The notes: generated from the sequence alone by a model not told the origin. A DNA stretch of 64,000 nt from an uncultured Planctomycetota bacterium (GCA_963823665.1 CAWGMQ010000011.1:800001-864000); one strand, 5' to 3'; shown: positions 32,353-43,940, numbered from the stretch's first letter. Translations and numbers: made by a program.

Positions 32353-32815
32353 ACGTTCCCAGGAGCTCGGTCGTTGCAATGACGTGCGCGTCGATCGCCT
32401 TGAGCAAGCTTGCCTTGTCAACGCCTTCCGGAACGTCGAGGGCTTTGTCCAGCGCATAAAGCTTGAAGAAGTATCGGTGGACGCCGTGGCCCTTGGGAGG
32501 CGCGGGGCCGCGATATCCGGCTGTCCTCCACGAGTTCCGGCCCTGAAGCACGCCGGCGGGAGACGGCGGCCGTGAGAGCGGCGGAATGCCCTCCGGCAAT
32601 CCGTCGCTCGTGGCGGGGATCTTGTAAATCAGCCAGTGAACCCAGGGTTCGCTCGTGGGAGCATCGGGATCGTCCACGACGAGTGCAAGTGCGGCGGCAC
32701 CATGCGGCACGCCCTTCCAGTGGAGCGCCGGCGAGAGGTCTTCGCCGTCCCCTGTATGCCGGCGCGGAATGGGCTGTCCCGCGGCAAAAGCTGGGCTCTC
32801 GAGGATGAAGCTCAT
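32342..32815 (-). CDS. YbhB/YbcL family PEBP (Raf kinase inhibitor-like) protein
   Basis: SPAL.W, DDPDAP, WVHW, GYRGPAPPKGHGVHRYFFKLYALD. Confidence 0.92.
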   Translation of the reverse strand: MSFILESPAFAAGQPIPRRHTGDGEDLSPALHWKGVPHGAAALALVVDDPDAPTSEPWVHWLIYKIPATSDGLPEGIPPLSRPPSPAGVLQGRNSWRTAGYRGPAPPKGHGVHRYFFKLYALDKALDVPEGVDKASLLKAIDAHVIATTELLGTYER

Positions 32816-33027
32816 GATGGGTCTCCGAGGGATCGCCTTCGGAAGAATTGCTCGCACCCATTATACGGTCTGGGCGGCATGAATGGGCGCAGGTTGCCCT
32901 TCGCCAGACTTGACTGCCGCTCCCCGATCGACGTCAATGGAGTCAGGTGGCCCGTGGACTTTCGGCGGTCTTTCAGCATGATCTCCGGGGCGGCGGCACA
33001 GGCCTGGCGTTGTGAGGAGCTTCGGTC

Positions 33028-33285
33028 ATGGAAATCTTGACGGTTGGCCCAAGCGGTCAAATCGAATTACCCGACGAGGTCCGCGATCGCTACGGCATGG
33101 CGCCGGCGCCGCCGATCCGGATCATTGAGACCCGCAGTGGAGTCCTGCTCGTTCCGCTGAGCAATGCCCCGATGAGCCCCGAACTGGCCGAAGAGCTCGC
33201 GGAATGGCAGGCGCTCGGGGCAGAGAGCTGGGAGTTATTCCCCTCCTGGGGATTCACGAGTCGACCGTTTCTCGATCCCGGATAG
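33028..33285 (+). CDS. AbrB/MazE/SpoVT-like antitoxin (orphan; 3' end probably replaced)
   Basis: GAGGAG RBS; LTVGPSGQIELPDEVRDRYG...GVLLVP. Confidence 0.7.
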   Translation: MEILTVGPSGQIELPDEVRDRYGMAPAPPIRIIETRSGVLLVPLSNAPMSPELAEELAEWQALGAESWELFPSWGFTSRPFLDPG

Positions 33286-33405
33286 TGGCCGGCACTTCCG
33301 CGACGGCAAGCCCATCCTCTCGGCCGAGCTATCGGGGGTCCTCGAACGAATCAGTGCGAGTGCCGAAAGCCCGTGTGCTCGAATCGAAAAACTGAGCAAG
33401 GGCCG
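33245..33405 (+). mobile_element. Probable remnant of the C-terminal part of a Y1 (IS200/RAYT-like) transposase
   Basis: Translates as GRHFRDGKPILSAELSGVLERISASAESPCARIEKLSKGR, recalling the DYTGRLFREGK..ISAEL.GI.ERL C-terminus of planctomycete Y1 transposases (recognised from memory, not searched). Confidence 0.45.
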
Positions 33406-33479
33406 GACTGGGAGCCAAACGATGTGCCCGATCCTCTTCGAACTCCCGGGTTGGGAGATCAAGGTCCGCAGCGTACGGC
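33404..33479 (+). pseudogene. Isolated 5' fragment (RBS plus about 19 codons) of an lgt paralog
   Basis: CGGACTGGGAGCCAAA is identical to 52554-52569; MCPILFELPGWEIKVRS versus MRPILFEIPGWDIKVHS at 52571. Confidence 0.8.
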
Positions 33480-33483
33480 AACA

Positions 33484-34418
33484 TCACTCCGACCGCAACC
33501 GAATCCGTTTCTGCCGGCCCGGGCTGACCGCAGCGGCGGCCACGCCGCGGGCGAAGGCCAGCGACTTTGTCGCATCGGCGCCGCGGAACCGGGCGCCACG
33601 ACCCAAGCCAGGCAGAAGACGGCCGCCGCGACGGATTCGTGCTGCGCCTCGCACTCGATCGGCTCGATCTCCCACCACGCATCTTCGGCCCACAACAGCC
33701 CGCGGCCGGTGAACGCGGTGATTGCGAACTCACCGGGATCGCCCTCGAGCTGACGCAGTCGCTGCGCAAGGATTCCGATATCGCCCGCGCCGGCGCACAG
33801 CGCGCGGGCCTCTTGGTGGCTCAACTGGATGAATTGAAACCGGCGGGCGACCTGTGCGAAGGCTGGGTGGACGATTAGCTCTCGAGGCGGGCGGAGGGCA
33901 CGATAGGCGCCGCGGGCCAGGTCTGCCAGGTGTGGTAGCAGGCCAGGCGAATTGGCATCGTCCGGGGAAAGCGGGCCGACGATCACTGCGTCGCCATTCC
34001 GCAGCGTGGCGATCGCCCCGGCGATCGTTTCGCGGTCGCGCCACGAAGTTTCCTCGGTGCAGAGCAACTGCAGAATCTCGGACATGCTCTCGGGCAGATC
34101 CGCCGTGCGGCCCGGCGCCGCTCCGATGGGGTCGTCGAACCGAGGGCTTACCTGGATATCGCGACTGCGCCGGCGGCACCAGGCGGCCGAGCAACTCAAG
34201 GTGCTGGCCGCGATCTGCGTGCAGCGAAAGCCGTTCGGTCCGGCGATGGCCTGTCGAGCCTCTTTCGTCTCGACGAGCCCGCGCACTCCCGGGCCGCCGT
34301 GATCGAGCCACCCAGACGATTCACTTCCCACGAGTACGAGGTTCGGGAGGGCGGTGTGTGGTCGCTGCATGTTGCACCTAACGATTTGAGTTCGGGCGCT
34401 CTCGATTTGAGCCAACAT
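33484..34418 (-). CDS. Hypothetical protein, divergent PfkB/ribokinase-like C-terminus; frameshift ~33593
   Basis: AAGGA RBS; FIQLSHQEARAL, AITAFTGRGLLW, AAAVFCLAWVVA+RFRGADATKSLAFARGVAAAAV resemble PfkB C-terminal elements, but DTxGAGD is absent. Confidence 0.45.
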
Positions 34419-34943
34419 GGGGACTGTTCCTTTCCTGAAGGAGCGGGTGGCGAATGGGTCCTGACACCGTGTTGGGCGGGCGTCGCGGCCCAGGTGTCCA
34501 GTGTGCTCGAGAGGACTATCAACGCAGTCGGATCGATGCCGACAAGATTCCTTTGCGTTCAAAACCTATGGTCGCTATGCTCGCGTTGAGCCTGTGGAAC
34601 AGGCCGTCGGCTGCGCCGCGGCTCGGGGGCTGCGCACGTTCTTCGGAGAAGCCGGGAAAAGCGGTCGGCGGGTGTCGGGTGGCTGCCCGGCGTGTTGATG
34701 AGGCGGTAGGTCAGAGGCTTCCGGTGACTTTCGCCGCGACCTCTCACCGGTTTTCGGGAATTCACCATGGACCGACACGGTTCGGTAACGGGCATGCTTT
34801 TGGGCTTGCGCTCCGACGACGCTCGGCGAAATCACGACTCGCCAAGCCGGCACCGAGCGGCAGGTCGAGCGCGGCTTTGCGCGCGTCCGCAGCTTCTGGA
34901 CTTCTGATGATGACGGTGGATTCCGAAGGCGAGCGAATTTGCC

Positions 34944-37900
34944 ATGGTCGAAATCCCGACGGGTGATTGGAGCTGGGTCGACGCAGCAGCCATGCGATTC
35001 GAGCGCGCCTGGAAAGACGGGCCGCGGCCGCTCATTGAGGACTACCTGGCCGAAGTGGAAGAGCCGCAGCACTCGCCGTTGCTCGACGAGCTGCTGAGAG
35101 TTGAGATTGAACTGCTCCGGCGTGCCGGAGAGCAGCCCGATCCGGAAGAATACCTAGAACGGTTTCCCGCTCACGCCGGCGTTGTCGCCGGCGTTTTTTC
35201 TGACGGGCAGGAGCCGCATTCCTGGCATGCCGGAACGCGATCGAGCGGGCCAGCAGACTCGCTCATTCACAACCTCGACCGTTCCCTGATCCGCGGCGTA
35301 CTGGCCGGGCTGGCCGAGACGGGCGGTTCCGTCCCGCGCGTGTTGCTGCGCGACACCGAGCGTGAGCCTGAATCGCCGGTGGTTCGCCCCTCGTCCCGCG
35401 AGATGCCCGAGGAGGCCGGGCGGTACCAGATTCTGGGTGAGATCGGCCACGGCGGCATGGGGGCCGTGCTCAAGGGCCGAGACCCTGACCTGGGTCGCGA
35501 CCTCGCTGTGAAGATCCTGCTGGAAGAGCATCAGCATGACCGCGAGCCTCGTCCGCCGGTTCATCGAGGAGGCGCAGATTGGCGGCCAGCTTCAACATCC
35601 GGGCATCGTGCCGGTGTACGAGCTGGGCGAGTTCGGCGGCCGCCGGCCTTATTTCACAATGAAGCTGGTCAAAGGGCGCACTCTGGCCGCCTTGCTGAAG
35701 GAACGCGCCGGCCCTGCGCACGACGTGCCGCGGTTCCTGGGCGTCTTCGAACAGGTCTGTCAGACGGTGGCCTACGCGCATGCCCGCGGGGTGATCCACC
35801 GGGATCTGAAGCCATCGAACATCATGGTGGGCTCATTCGGCGAGGTGCAAGTGATGGACTGGGGCCTGGCCAAGGTGCTGCCTCAGGGTGGAGTCGTTGA
35901 CGACCCGCAGCCAAACCCCGACCTGCCGGCCCCCAGCGTGATTCGCACCGTTCGAAGCGGCTCGGACGCCGCCGCGTCGCGCCCCGGCTCGGTGCTGGGC
36001 ACCCCGGCCTACATGGCGCCTGAGCAGGCCGGCGGAAACGTTGACGAGATCGATGAGCGAGCCGACGTCTTCGGGCTGGGGTCGATCCTGTGCGAGATCC
36101 TCACCGGACAGCCGGCTTATACGGGTCCGACGTTCGGCGCCATTTTGCGCAAAGCGAGTCGAGGTGACACGTCCGACGCCCTGCGGCGTCTGGACGGTTG
36201 CGGAGCCGAGGATGACTTGAAGGCGCTGGCCCGCCTCTGCCTGGCGGCGGAGGCCCAGGAGCGCCCTCGCGATGCCGGCGTGCTGGCTGCGGCAATCACG
36301 GCGTACCTGAGCGGTGTCCAGACACGGCTGCGGCAGGCCGAGCTGGATCGAGTCGAAGCCCAGGCACGAGTGGAGGAAGAGACGAAGCGTCGAATACTTG
36401 CCGATGACCTCGCCCGTGAGGCCAAAGCGCGGGCCGCCGAAGAGCGGAAGCGGCGCCGGGTGACGGTTGCACTGGCCGCAGCCGTTCTGGCGCTGGCTGC
36501 CCTCGGCGGTGGAACCTTACTCGTCACCGAGCGATCGCGATCGGAACGCCGCGCGGCGGTTGCGCAGATGATCGGAGAAGCCCGGCGGACGCAGACTGCG
36601 GCGCAGGTGGCGGCAGCCAATGACCCGTCCCTCTGGTCCGAAGCGGTTGCGGCTCTCGAACGAGCTGAGGGGCTGCTGACGCCCGGCGGCGAAACCGACC
36701 AGAAGCGCGAAATCGATGAGCTGCGGGCCGCGATCACGGCCGAACGTGACGAGGCCCGCAACGAATCGGAATGGCTGGCACAGTTGATCGAAATCCGTTC
36801 AACAAAAGCCGACGGTCCTGACGGTGCATCGCCGGATCACAACTACGCGACGGTCTTCCGCGCGGCGGGCATCGACCCGGATGCCCTCAGTGCAGAGCAG
36901 GTCGCGGCGAGAATCCGGACCCGAAGACCGATCCTGGCCCAGGGTCTGGTTGCCGCGCTGGACGACTGGGCGGCAGTGCGCCGCGAGCAGCGAAACGACA
37001 ACGCGGGAGCGCGAAGGCTATTGGCGGCTGCCCGTGCCGCTGACCCCGACACGTGGCGCGACCGGCTGCGCGTGCTGCAAGAGAAGGCCAGCAGCAAGGA
37101 ACGACTGGAGGCCCTGAGGCAGCTTGCGAGCACCGCCAAGACCGACGAGTTGCCGGCTGTGAGTCTTGACCTGCTTGGTGTCGCCCTTCTCGTAGATGGC
37201 GACGCGTCGGCAGCCGCCGACGTGCTGCGCAGCGCACAGCGGAGTCATCCCAGGGATGCCTGGCTCAAGTACAACTTGGCGCGGGCCCTGGAGAAGCTCG
37301 GGCGGAAGGAAGAGGCGATTCGCTATTTGATGGCCGCGCGGACCCTCCGGCCCGAGACTGCGCACGAACTGGCCCACCTTCTTGAGCAGCGGGGGGAGTC
37401 GGACGAGGCCCTGGCGATCTTTGCGGACCTGGTGCGGCTCCGTCCCGATGAGGGCGCGCATTGGGGCTGCTACGGCAGCCTGCTGAAGGACCGGGGCGAC
37501 CGTACGCGGGCCGGGGAGGCGCTCGAGAAGGCCGCGGCACTGATGCGCAATGCTGTGCGGCTCAAACCCGACGACGTATTGGTCCACTACAGACTCGGCC
37601 AGGTCCTGTTCAACCAGGGGAAACTGGACGAGGCCATCGCCGAATGGAAAGAGGAGATCCGCCTCAACCCGAAGTACGTTGGTGCCTACGTGGCCGTCGG
37701 CAACGCTCTTCGCGAACAGGGCAAGCGAGAAGAAGGGATCGCCGCGTATAAAGAGGCTCTCCGCCTCAAGCCCGATGACGCAGCCGCCCACAACAACCTC
37801 GGCAACGCCCTGGGCGAACAGGGGAAGCTAATGGAGGCAATCGCCGAATACCGCGTAGCCATCCGGCTTGAGCCGGATGATTCCTTGTCCCACGTCAACC

Positions 37901-40185
37901 TCGGGCATATCCTGCGCGTACAGGGCAAGATGGATGAGGCAGTCGCCGAAGGACGCAAGGCCATCGGGCTCAAGCCCGACGACTCTCGCGCCCATGCCAC
38001 CCTCGGCAACACCCTGCGCATCCAGGGAAAAGTGGAGGAGGCGATCGCTGAATGCAGACAGGCGGTCCGGCTCAATCCCAACGACGCAAACGCCCACAAG
38101 ATTCTTGGTGCCGTGCTAAGCGATCACGGGAAGCTGGACGAGGCGATCGCCGAATGCAAAGCGGCCATCCGGCTCCAGCCTGACGACGCCGAGGCGCACA
38201 CCAGTCTGGGCACGGTGCTCAAGCTCCAGGGGAAAGTGGATGAGGCCATCGCCGAACACCGTACGGCGATTCAGCTCAAGCCCGAAGACGCTGCCGGCCA
38301 CTACAGCTTGGCCAACGTCTTGAGCGTCCAGGGGAAGCTCAGGCTGGCCATCGACGAATACAGAACCGCCATCCGCGTCCTTCCTCCCGACTGCGACCCC
38401 ATCACCGCCTTTGGAGCCCATTACAACCTCGGGACCGCGCATCTGCTGCAAGGAGAACCGGAGAAGGCAACCCCCGAACTCCGCGAGGCGATCCGAATCA
38501 AGCCGGATAACGCCGAGGCGCACACCAACCTCGGGACCGCCCTGCTGAAGCAGGGAAAGTTGGATGCGGCAATCGGCGAGTTCCGAACGGCGATCGAACT
38601 GAAGCCCGGACTGGGCAATGCCCACGATGGTCTCGGACGGGTCTGGCGGGCTCAGGGAAAGCTCGAGGAGGCGATCGCCGAGTATCGTGAGGGGATCCGA
38701 GTCGAGCCCGACCACGCGGGGGGCTACCAGAGTCTCGGAGCGATTCTCTGCGACGAAAAACGCGATTATGCCGGGGCCGTCATTGCGTTTCGTAATGCGA
38801 TCCGGCTCAAGCCGGACTTCGTAGAGGCTCACCTCAGCCTCGGCAACGCCCTGAACGGCCAGGGCAAACTGAATGAGGCGATTGCGGCATACCGCGCGGC
38901 GATTCGAATCAGCCCGGGGTTCGCCGCGGCCCACATCAGCCTCGGCCTTCTCGTGCAAGATCAGGGGAAGTTGGACGAGGCCATTGGCGAGTACAAAACC
39001 GCGATCCGCATCAATCCGAACGAGGCCGTTCCCCACTTCGGTCTCGGCAGCGCCCTGCACATCCAGGGGAAGCTGGATGAGGCGATTGCGGAATACAAAA
39101 TCGCCATCGGCCTGAGTCCCAAGATACCGATCTTCCACAGCCACTTCGCAACCGCCCTGAACGACCAGGGCAAGTCGGACGCGGCGATCCTGGAATTCAA
39201 AATCGCCATCAGCCTGAATCCGAAGGACTCTAATCCTCATACCGGGCTCGGCAACGCGATGCACGCGCAGGGGAAGCTGGATGAGGCGATCGTCGAGTAC
39301 AAAATCGCCATTGGCCTCAATCCCAAGGACCCCAATCCCCACAACGGGCTCGGCAACTCGCTGCAGGCCCAGGGGAAAGTGCAAGGGGCGATCGTCGAGT
39401 ACAAAACGGCCATCGACCTCAATCCGAAGGACTCCAATCCCCATAACGGGCTCGGCAACGCGATGCAGGCCCAGGGGAAGCTGGATGAGGCGATCGCCGA
39501 GTACAAGACTGCCATCCGGCTCAATCCCAAGGACCCCGCTCCCCGCAACAACCTCGGCAACGCCCTGCGCGGCCAGGGGAAGCTGGATGAGGCGATCGCC
39601 GAGTACAAGACTGCCATCCGGCTCAATCCCAAGGACTCCGCTCCTCACACTAACCTTGGGGTCGCCCTCATTACGCAAGGGAAGCGCGAGGAAGCGGTTG
39701 CCGAGTACCGCGAAGCCGTCCGGCTGAAACCAGACATGGCCATGCCCCACAACAACTGGGCTTGGGCGCTGGTGGTCTCGGCCAAGCGTCCGCCGCGCGA
39801 TTACGAAGAAGGGCTGGTGCACGCCCGCGAGGCTGTCGAACTCGCGAAGAAGGGCGAAAACCACTACGGCACGCTGGCGCTGGCCGAGTATCGCTCGAGG
39901 CACTGGGCCGAGTCGCTGGCCGCCAGCGAGCAATCGATGAAGCTGCGAAAGGGACTGTACGCCTACGACTGGTACTTCCAGGCGATGGCACACTGGCAGA
40001 AAGGAGAAAAGGACGAGGCCCGTAAATGGTTCGACAAGGCAGTCGCCTGGACCAAGGAAAAAGACCCCAAGAACGCGGAGCTGCGCCAGTTCTGGTCCGA
40101 AGCCGCCGAGCTGCTGGACCAGCCGGGGCCTCCGGCTTCCGACTCAAGCCAGCCTGCGGCTCCAGCATCGGACAAACCGCGTTGA
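34944..40185 (+). CDS. Giant Ser/Thr kinase with TM helix and about 27 TPR-like repeats; one frameshift (~35540)
   Basis: IGHGGMGAV, LAVK, HRDLKPSN, DWG, GTPAYMAPEQ; 34-aa repeats H..LG.AL..QGKLDEAIAEY..AIRL.P. Confidence 0.92.
39165..39660 (+). repeat. 102-bp tandem coding repeats (recent TPR expansion)
   Basis: 39471-39534 and 39573-39636 are identical; neighbouring units are highly similar. Confidence 0.85.
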
Positions 40186-40282
40186 ACGGGGTGCGCGGTG
40201 GGATTTGACCGACTGTCGAATGTGGGCGCCACCAGGCGGAGTTACTTTTGGTGCGCGTTCAACCCACCTGCATATAATCTTA

Positions 40283-40303
40283 GGTGGGTTTCACCCACCC
40301 TAC
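40283..40303. repeat. GTAG-family REP (single arm)
   Basis: GGTGGGTTTCACCCACCCTAC, one mismatch to the right arm of the doublet at 43977-43998. Confidence 0.7.
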
Positions 40304-40304
40304 C

Positions 40305-40723
40305 CTACCGTTCCGACGGATCGCTCGCAGCCGTGGGCTTGAGATCCCGCTCGATCCGCGCGCCCAAGGCGGCGGTGTACCGCGCCAACGTGGTGAGGGC
40401 GGGGTTTGCATTCGCCGCAATCTCGAGCTTGTGAATGGCAGCTCGATCGAATCCCGTTCGTTCGGCGAGGTCGGCGAGGCTCAATCCTTGACGCTCGCGC
40501 TCGGCCCGCAGGGCCACAATCAAGTCTCGGAACGGGAAGGTGGGCCTGCGGCGCGCACCCGCTCTGCCTCCTCGAATGCCTCCCGATCGATCTGGCCGCT
40601 TTCGTACAACGCGCGCGGGCTGGGCCGGCCCGCGAATTGCGCCGCGATCGCGTCCTCGCGGGCGGCTCGATCCGTCGTCGACTTGCCTGCTAAACCAGCG
40701 TCCGGCTTTCGTGATCTCGCCAT
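40305..40723 (-). CDS. XRE-family HTH protein (antitoxin-like); frameshift ~40535
   Basis: GAGGAGG RBS; LRAERERQGLSLADLAERTGFDRAAIHKLE...NPALTTLARYTAALG. Confidence 0.78.
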
Positions 40724-40733
40724 GAATGCCTCC

Positions 40734-40870
40734 TCAGTCCTCGCTCGGCTCAAACGCCGTGATCGGCCGGATGACCGGCACATCCTCGTAGTAATGTACT
40801 ACTACGCGCGACTCGCGGCGGCAATTCCAACCGTCGTATAGCTGCCGCGATCCCGAGACTCACTCACTCT
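40734..40870 (-). pseudogene. 3' remnant of a BrnT/DUF4258-like toxin upstream of the HTH gene
   Basis: SESRDRGSYTTVG.. / VVVHYYEDVPVIRPITAFEPSED* ends at the HTH RBS; no 5' part recognisable. Confidence 0.4.
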
Positions 40871-40943
40871 CGTTCCGGACGAGCAAACGGTTGAGCCAGA
40901 AAGGCGACATCCATCATCAAGAGTTGGAAGAAGGCTTTGACTT

Positions 40944-40991
40944 CTCGTTCCCACGCTCTGCGTGGGAATGCTCTCCCCGACGCTCCGCGTC
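40944..40991. repeat. REP element (CTCGTTCCCACGCTCTGCGTGGGAATG...GACGCTCCGCGTC)
   Basis: Two-hairpin unit; a degenerate reverse copy lies at 52053-52100. Confidence 0.75.
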
Positions 40992-41166
40992 GTCGGAACC
41001 ATGACCGAGGCTGTGCTTGTTCCTTCGTACCGCGGAGGTCGCCGCGGCACGCGGACCGAACGGTAGGTCTCCACACGGTCGACCGTTCAACAAGCCGCCG
41101 TGTATCGACAGTGCTCGAGTGGTGTCGATACACTGGTAAGAAGAACCAGTTGCGCGGGAGTCGGCG

Positions 41167-41475
41167 ATGGAGGTTCGCTATTACGTTAATCCAGCCACCG
41201 GCTTGCCGCACATCTACGATCATGGCTTCACCGAGTCCGAGGTCGAGCAGGTTCTGGCTCGACCTAGTGTGGACAGACTGGGCTCTAAGCGGCCCGACAA
41301 ACCGGCCTCGAGGCGGTCCCGTCAGGCCATCGGTCAAACCCTCGCGGGTCGTTACGTGCGCGTGATCTATGTTCCCGAACCGGAGAGAGTCGGCGTGTTC
41401 GTGGTAACGGCAATCCCGATGACGCGAAACGAGATCAAGGCGTACCGTCGCCAGAATAAGAGAGGTCGACGATGA
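41167..41475 (+). CDS. Putative type II toxin (DUF4258/BrnT-like)
   Basis: PHIYDHG.TESEVEQVL, AIGQT.AGRYVRVIY, VFVVTA; basic C-terminus; ATGA overlap with the next gene. Confidence 0.75.
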   Translation: MEVRYYVNPATGLPHIYDHGFTESEVEQVLARPSVDRLGSKRPDKPASRRSRQAIGQTLAGRYVRVIYVPEPERVGVFVVTAIPMTRNEIKAYRRQNKRGRR

Positions 41476-41714
41476 GCGAACAACAACTTCCTCACGGTTG
41501 GGATAAGCAGCAGATGCAGCAATTGCTGGCCGAAGTCGAGAACCGGACAGAAGAGGAATGGATTGCTGACGATGAAGCGGCGAATGAACCTGCGGATGAT
41601 CAAACAATGATTACCGTACCGACGGAATTGCTGCCAGAGATTCGGCGGTTATTGGCGAAATACGCGGCCGAGCACGTCGATCAGTCGGACCGTGAGGAAC
41701 GCGTCGCCGGCTGA
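41472..41714 (+). CDS. Putative cognate antitoxin
   Basis: Small acidic protein (P.GWD, TEEE.IA.DEAA, VP.EL.P.IR.L.AK) translationally coupled to the toxin. Confidence 0.72.
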   Translation: MSEQQLPHGWDKQQMQQLLAEVENRTEEEWIADDEAANEPADDQTMITVPTELLPEIRRLLAKYAAEHVDQSDREERVAG

Positions 41715-41836
41715 GCAGAGGCCGCTGGGCCGATGCTTCGACGCCAGCCGCGCGCTGCTGCGGGAAGTTGCGGCTCGGTTGCGCGTCCACCACCTTGCAA
41801 AGGCATCGGTCTTAAACCAACCGGCTAATCTCGCGA

Positions 41837-43013
41837 TCACCGGCCCGCGCGCTTCTTCTTGGACGTCGTTCCCTTGCCGCGCGGTGTGACACCCGTCTCG
41901 TCCGGCTCGACATTGGTGAGGATCAGCCGGCCGGATCCCTGGGTGTACTTGAAGTCGAAGCGGCTGAGGAAACTCTGCCCGAGCAAGGGGGCGACGTCGC
42001 CTTTCTCTTTGGGCATCACCACGCACGTCACGTCCTTGACGGACAACCGGCCGATCCTCATCGTGCGAATGATCATTTCCTTGGCCATGACCTTGGTGCC
42101 GTCGGCAACCTCGCATTCCACCGTTCGGCCGGTGGGCTTGAGGCCGAACCGTGAGGCCAGCTCGGCCGACAACGTCGTCGGGCCCGCCCCGGTGTCGAAG
42201 ACCATCCGGACCGGTCCCCTGCTGTTGATCATGACATCGACATGGTCGACGCCGTGCTCGCGGTGCAGCTCGACCGTCTCGCTCTGAACCGAGCCCTCGA
42301 GTCTCCCCAGCCACTTGATGGCGCTCGCGAGTTCCTTCGATGGCCCGAGCTTCTGCTTGATCTTTGATGACGCGGAGAGATCCTTCAGCGCCTTCTGAAT
42401 CTCTTCCTTTCCCTCGAGCTGAGCGTATTTCGCCATGATCTCGTCGACCGACTTACGCAGGTCGCTGACTGCCTGCATGTATGACTCACGGACCTGGGCG
42501 ACCTCGGCGTTGAACTGCTTCTTCATGTCCTGGAACTGCCCGCGTTGATCGGCAAGGTTGTTGATCAGCGTGCTCAAGCGGCGCTGCTCGGTGACAACGT
42601 TGTTACGCTCCTGGACCACCATGTTGTGATAGACCGTACCGGCCTGGTTGCCCCCGGTCGGCCCCAGATTCGCGAGCATCTGGTCGTAGGCGATGATTTG
42701 CTGGTCCAGCCAGTCAATCTGCTGGCGGTAGTTATCAATCAATACCTTGGGATTCTGGATGCCCATTTCGAGTGCGTGCTGTTGCTGCTGGCCGATACTC
42801 AGCCGCGTGCCGAGCGCCTTGCGCTCGCCGCGCGTCTTTCAGGATCACAGCCTCGCTCACGAGGATCCAGGTCGCGCTCGACCGTTTGAGCCCCTGACTC
42901 TTCAGCAGCTCGCCGGGTTCTGGTTCCTTGGCGTGCGAGACCATCGTGCCGATCGGGCCCACGAATAGGGTGACGGCGGTGAACCACAACGTTCGATTCA
43001 GAACGGCTTGCAT
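41837..43013 (-). CDS. Secreted coiled-coil protein with retropepsin-like (clan AA) aspartic protease domain; frameshift ~42821
   Basis: Signal peptide; coiled coil; MVFDTGA, VADG, LLGQSFL. Confidence 0.82.
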
Positions 43014-43318
43014 GGCAGCATTCCTTTCGTTTCGGCAGGGTCGCGGTTTGATTCCCGGCCCACGTGAGCTGGGCCTGGAGATCCAATCACCGCGGGTCCG
43101 GCCGAGCCGACAGCAAACCAAGGAATTTGTCTTGGAAACCCAGGGTGTTAGCCTGGGCCGAGTTGTGGCTTTCCCATTGGGGGCGGGGAAACATCGAGAA
43201 GAAAATCCGACGGTGGCTTGTCGGCTTGGCGATCGGCGTGTTGACTAAGGCAGAAGAGAGGCCGGGTACGCGCCGGGCGGTTCGCCGCGGGCGCATCTGG
43301 CGTCGGGGGTTGTACGCG

Positions 43319-43939
43319 ATGATACGCAATGGCTCGGTGACGAAACTGATTCAGCTCCTGCGGTCTGACGACAAAACCGAGCGCGAAATGGCCGCCCTGC
43401 TCATCTGGCGTCGGTATTTCCGCGACTTGCTGGAGCTGGCGCGGAACAACCTGAACAAGCGAGTCCGTCGCCGGGCGGACGAGGAAGACGTGCTCCAGAG
43501 CATGTACAAGAGCTTCTGCCTGCGGCAGCAGCGCGGTGAATTTGACCTGGCCGGCCGCGATGCCCTGTGGAAGCTGCTGGTGACGATCACGCTCCGCAAA
43601 GCGCGGAATGCGGCCAAGGCACAAAGGCGGGAGAAGCGCGACGTCGCCAGAGAGCAAACGATGCCGATCGACGACGAGGCGCGATCGGTCCACTGGGTGC
43701 TCGAGCAGATGGATGCCGCCGGCCCTTCCCCCGCTGAGGCGGCCGTGCTCAACGAGGCCCTTGAACGCCGTCTCGAGGCTCTGGCCGACCCGGAGCTGCG
43801 CCAGATCGCGCTGTTGCGGCTGGAAGGCTACACGAACCGCGAGATCGCCGACGCGATGGATATGACCGAACGGTCGGTCGAGCGGCGGACCGAGCGGATT
43901 CGCAAGAAGTGGCTGACATACGACGACGGTGGGCCCTGA
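43319..43939 (+). CDS. ECF-type sigma factor (planctomycete Sigma70_ECF type)
   Basis: GSVT.LI..L..DD, DEEDVLQS.YKSF, LW.LLVTITLRKA, LRLEGYTNREIA..M...ERSVER; followed by a Ser/Thr kinase. Confidence 0.9.
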   Translation: MIRNGSVTKLIQLLRSDDKTEREMAALLIWRRYFRDLLELARNNLNKRVRRRADEEDVLQSMYKSFCLRQQRGEFDLAGRDALWKLLVTITLRKARNAAKAQRREKRDVAREQTMPIDDEARSVHWVLEQMDAAGPSPAEAAVLNEALERRLEALADPELRQIALLRLEGYTNREIADAMDMTERSVERRTERIRKKWLTYDDGGP

Positions 43940-43940
43940 T

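Noticed and set aside
39165..39660. 102-bp periodic repeats considered as a CRISPR array
   Set aside because: They are in-frame coding repeats without unique spacers, and no cas genes are present.
38116..39993. 625-aa minus-strand ORF with periodic sequence
   Set aside because: Antisense shadow of the TPR array; the periodicity comes from the plus-strand gene.
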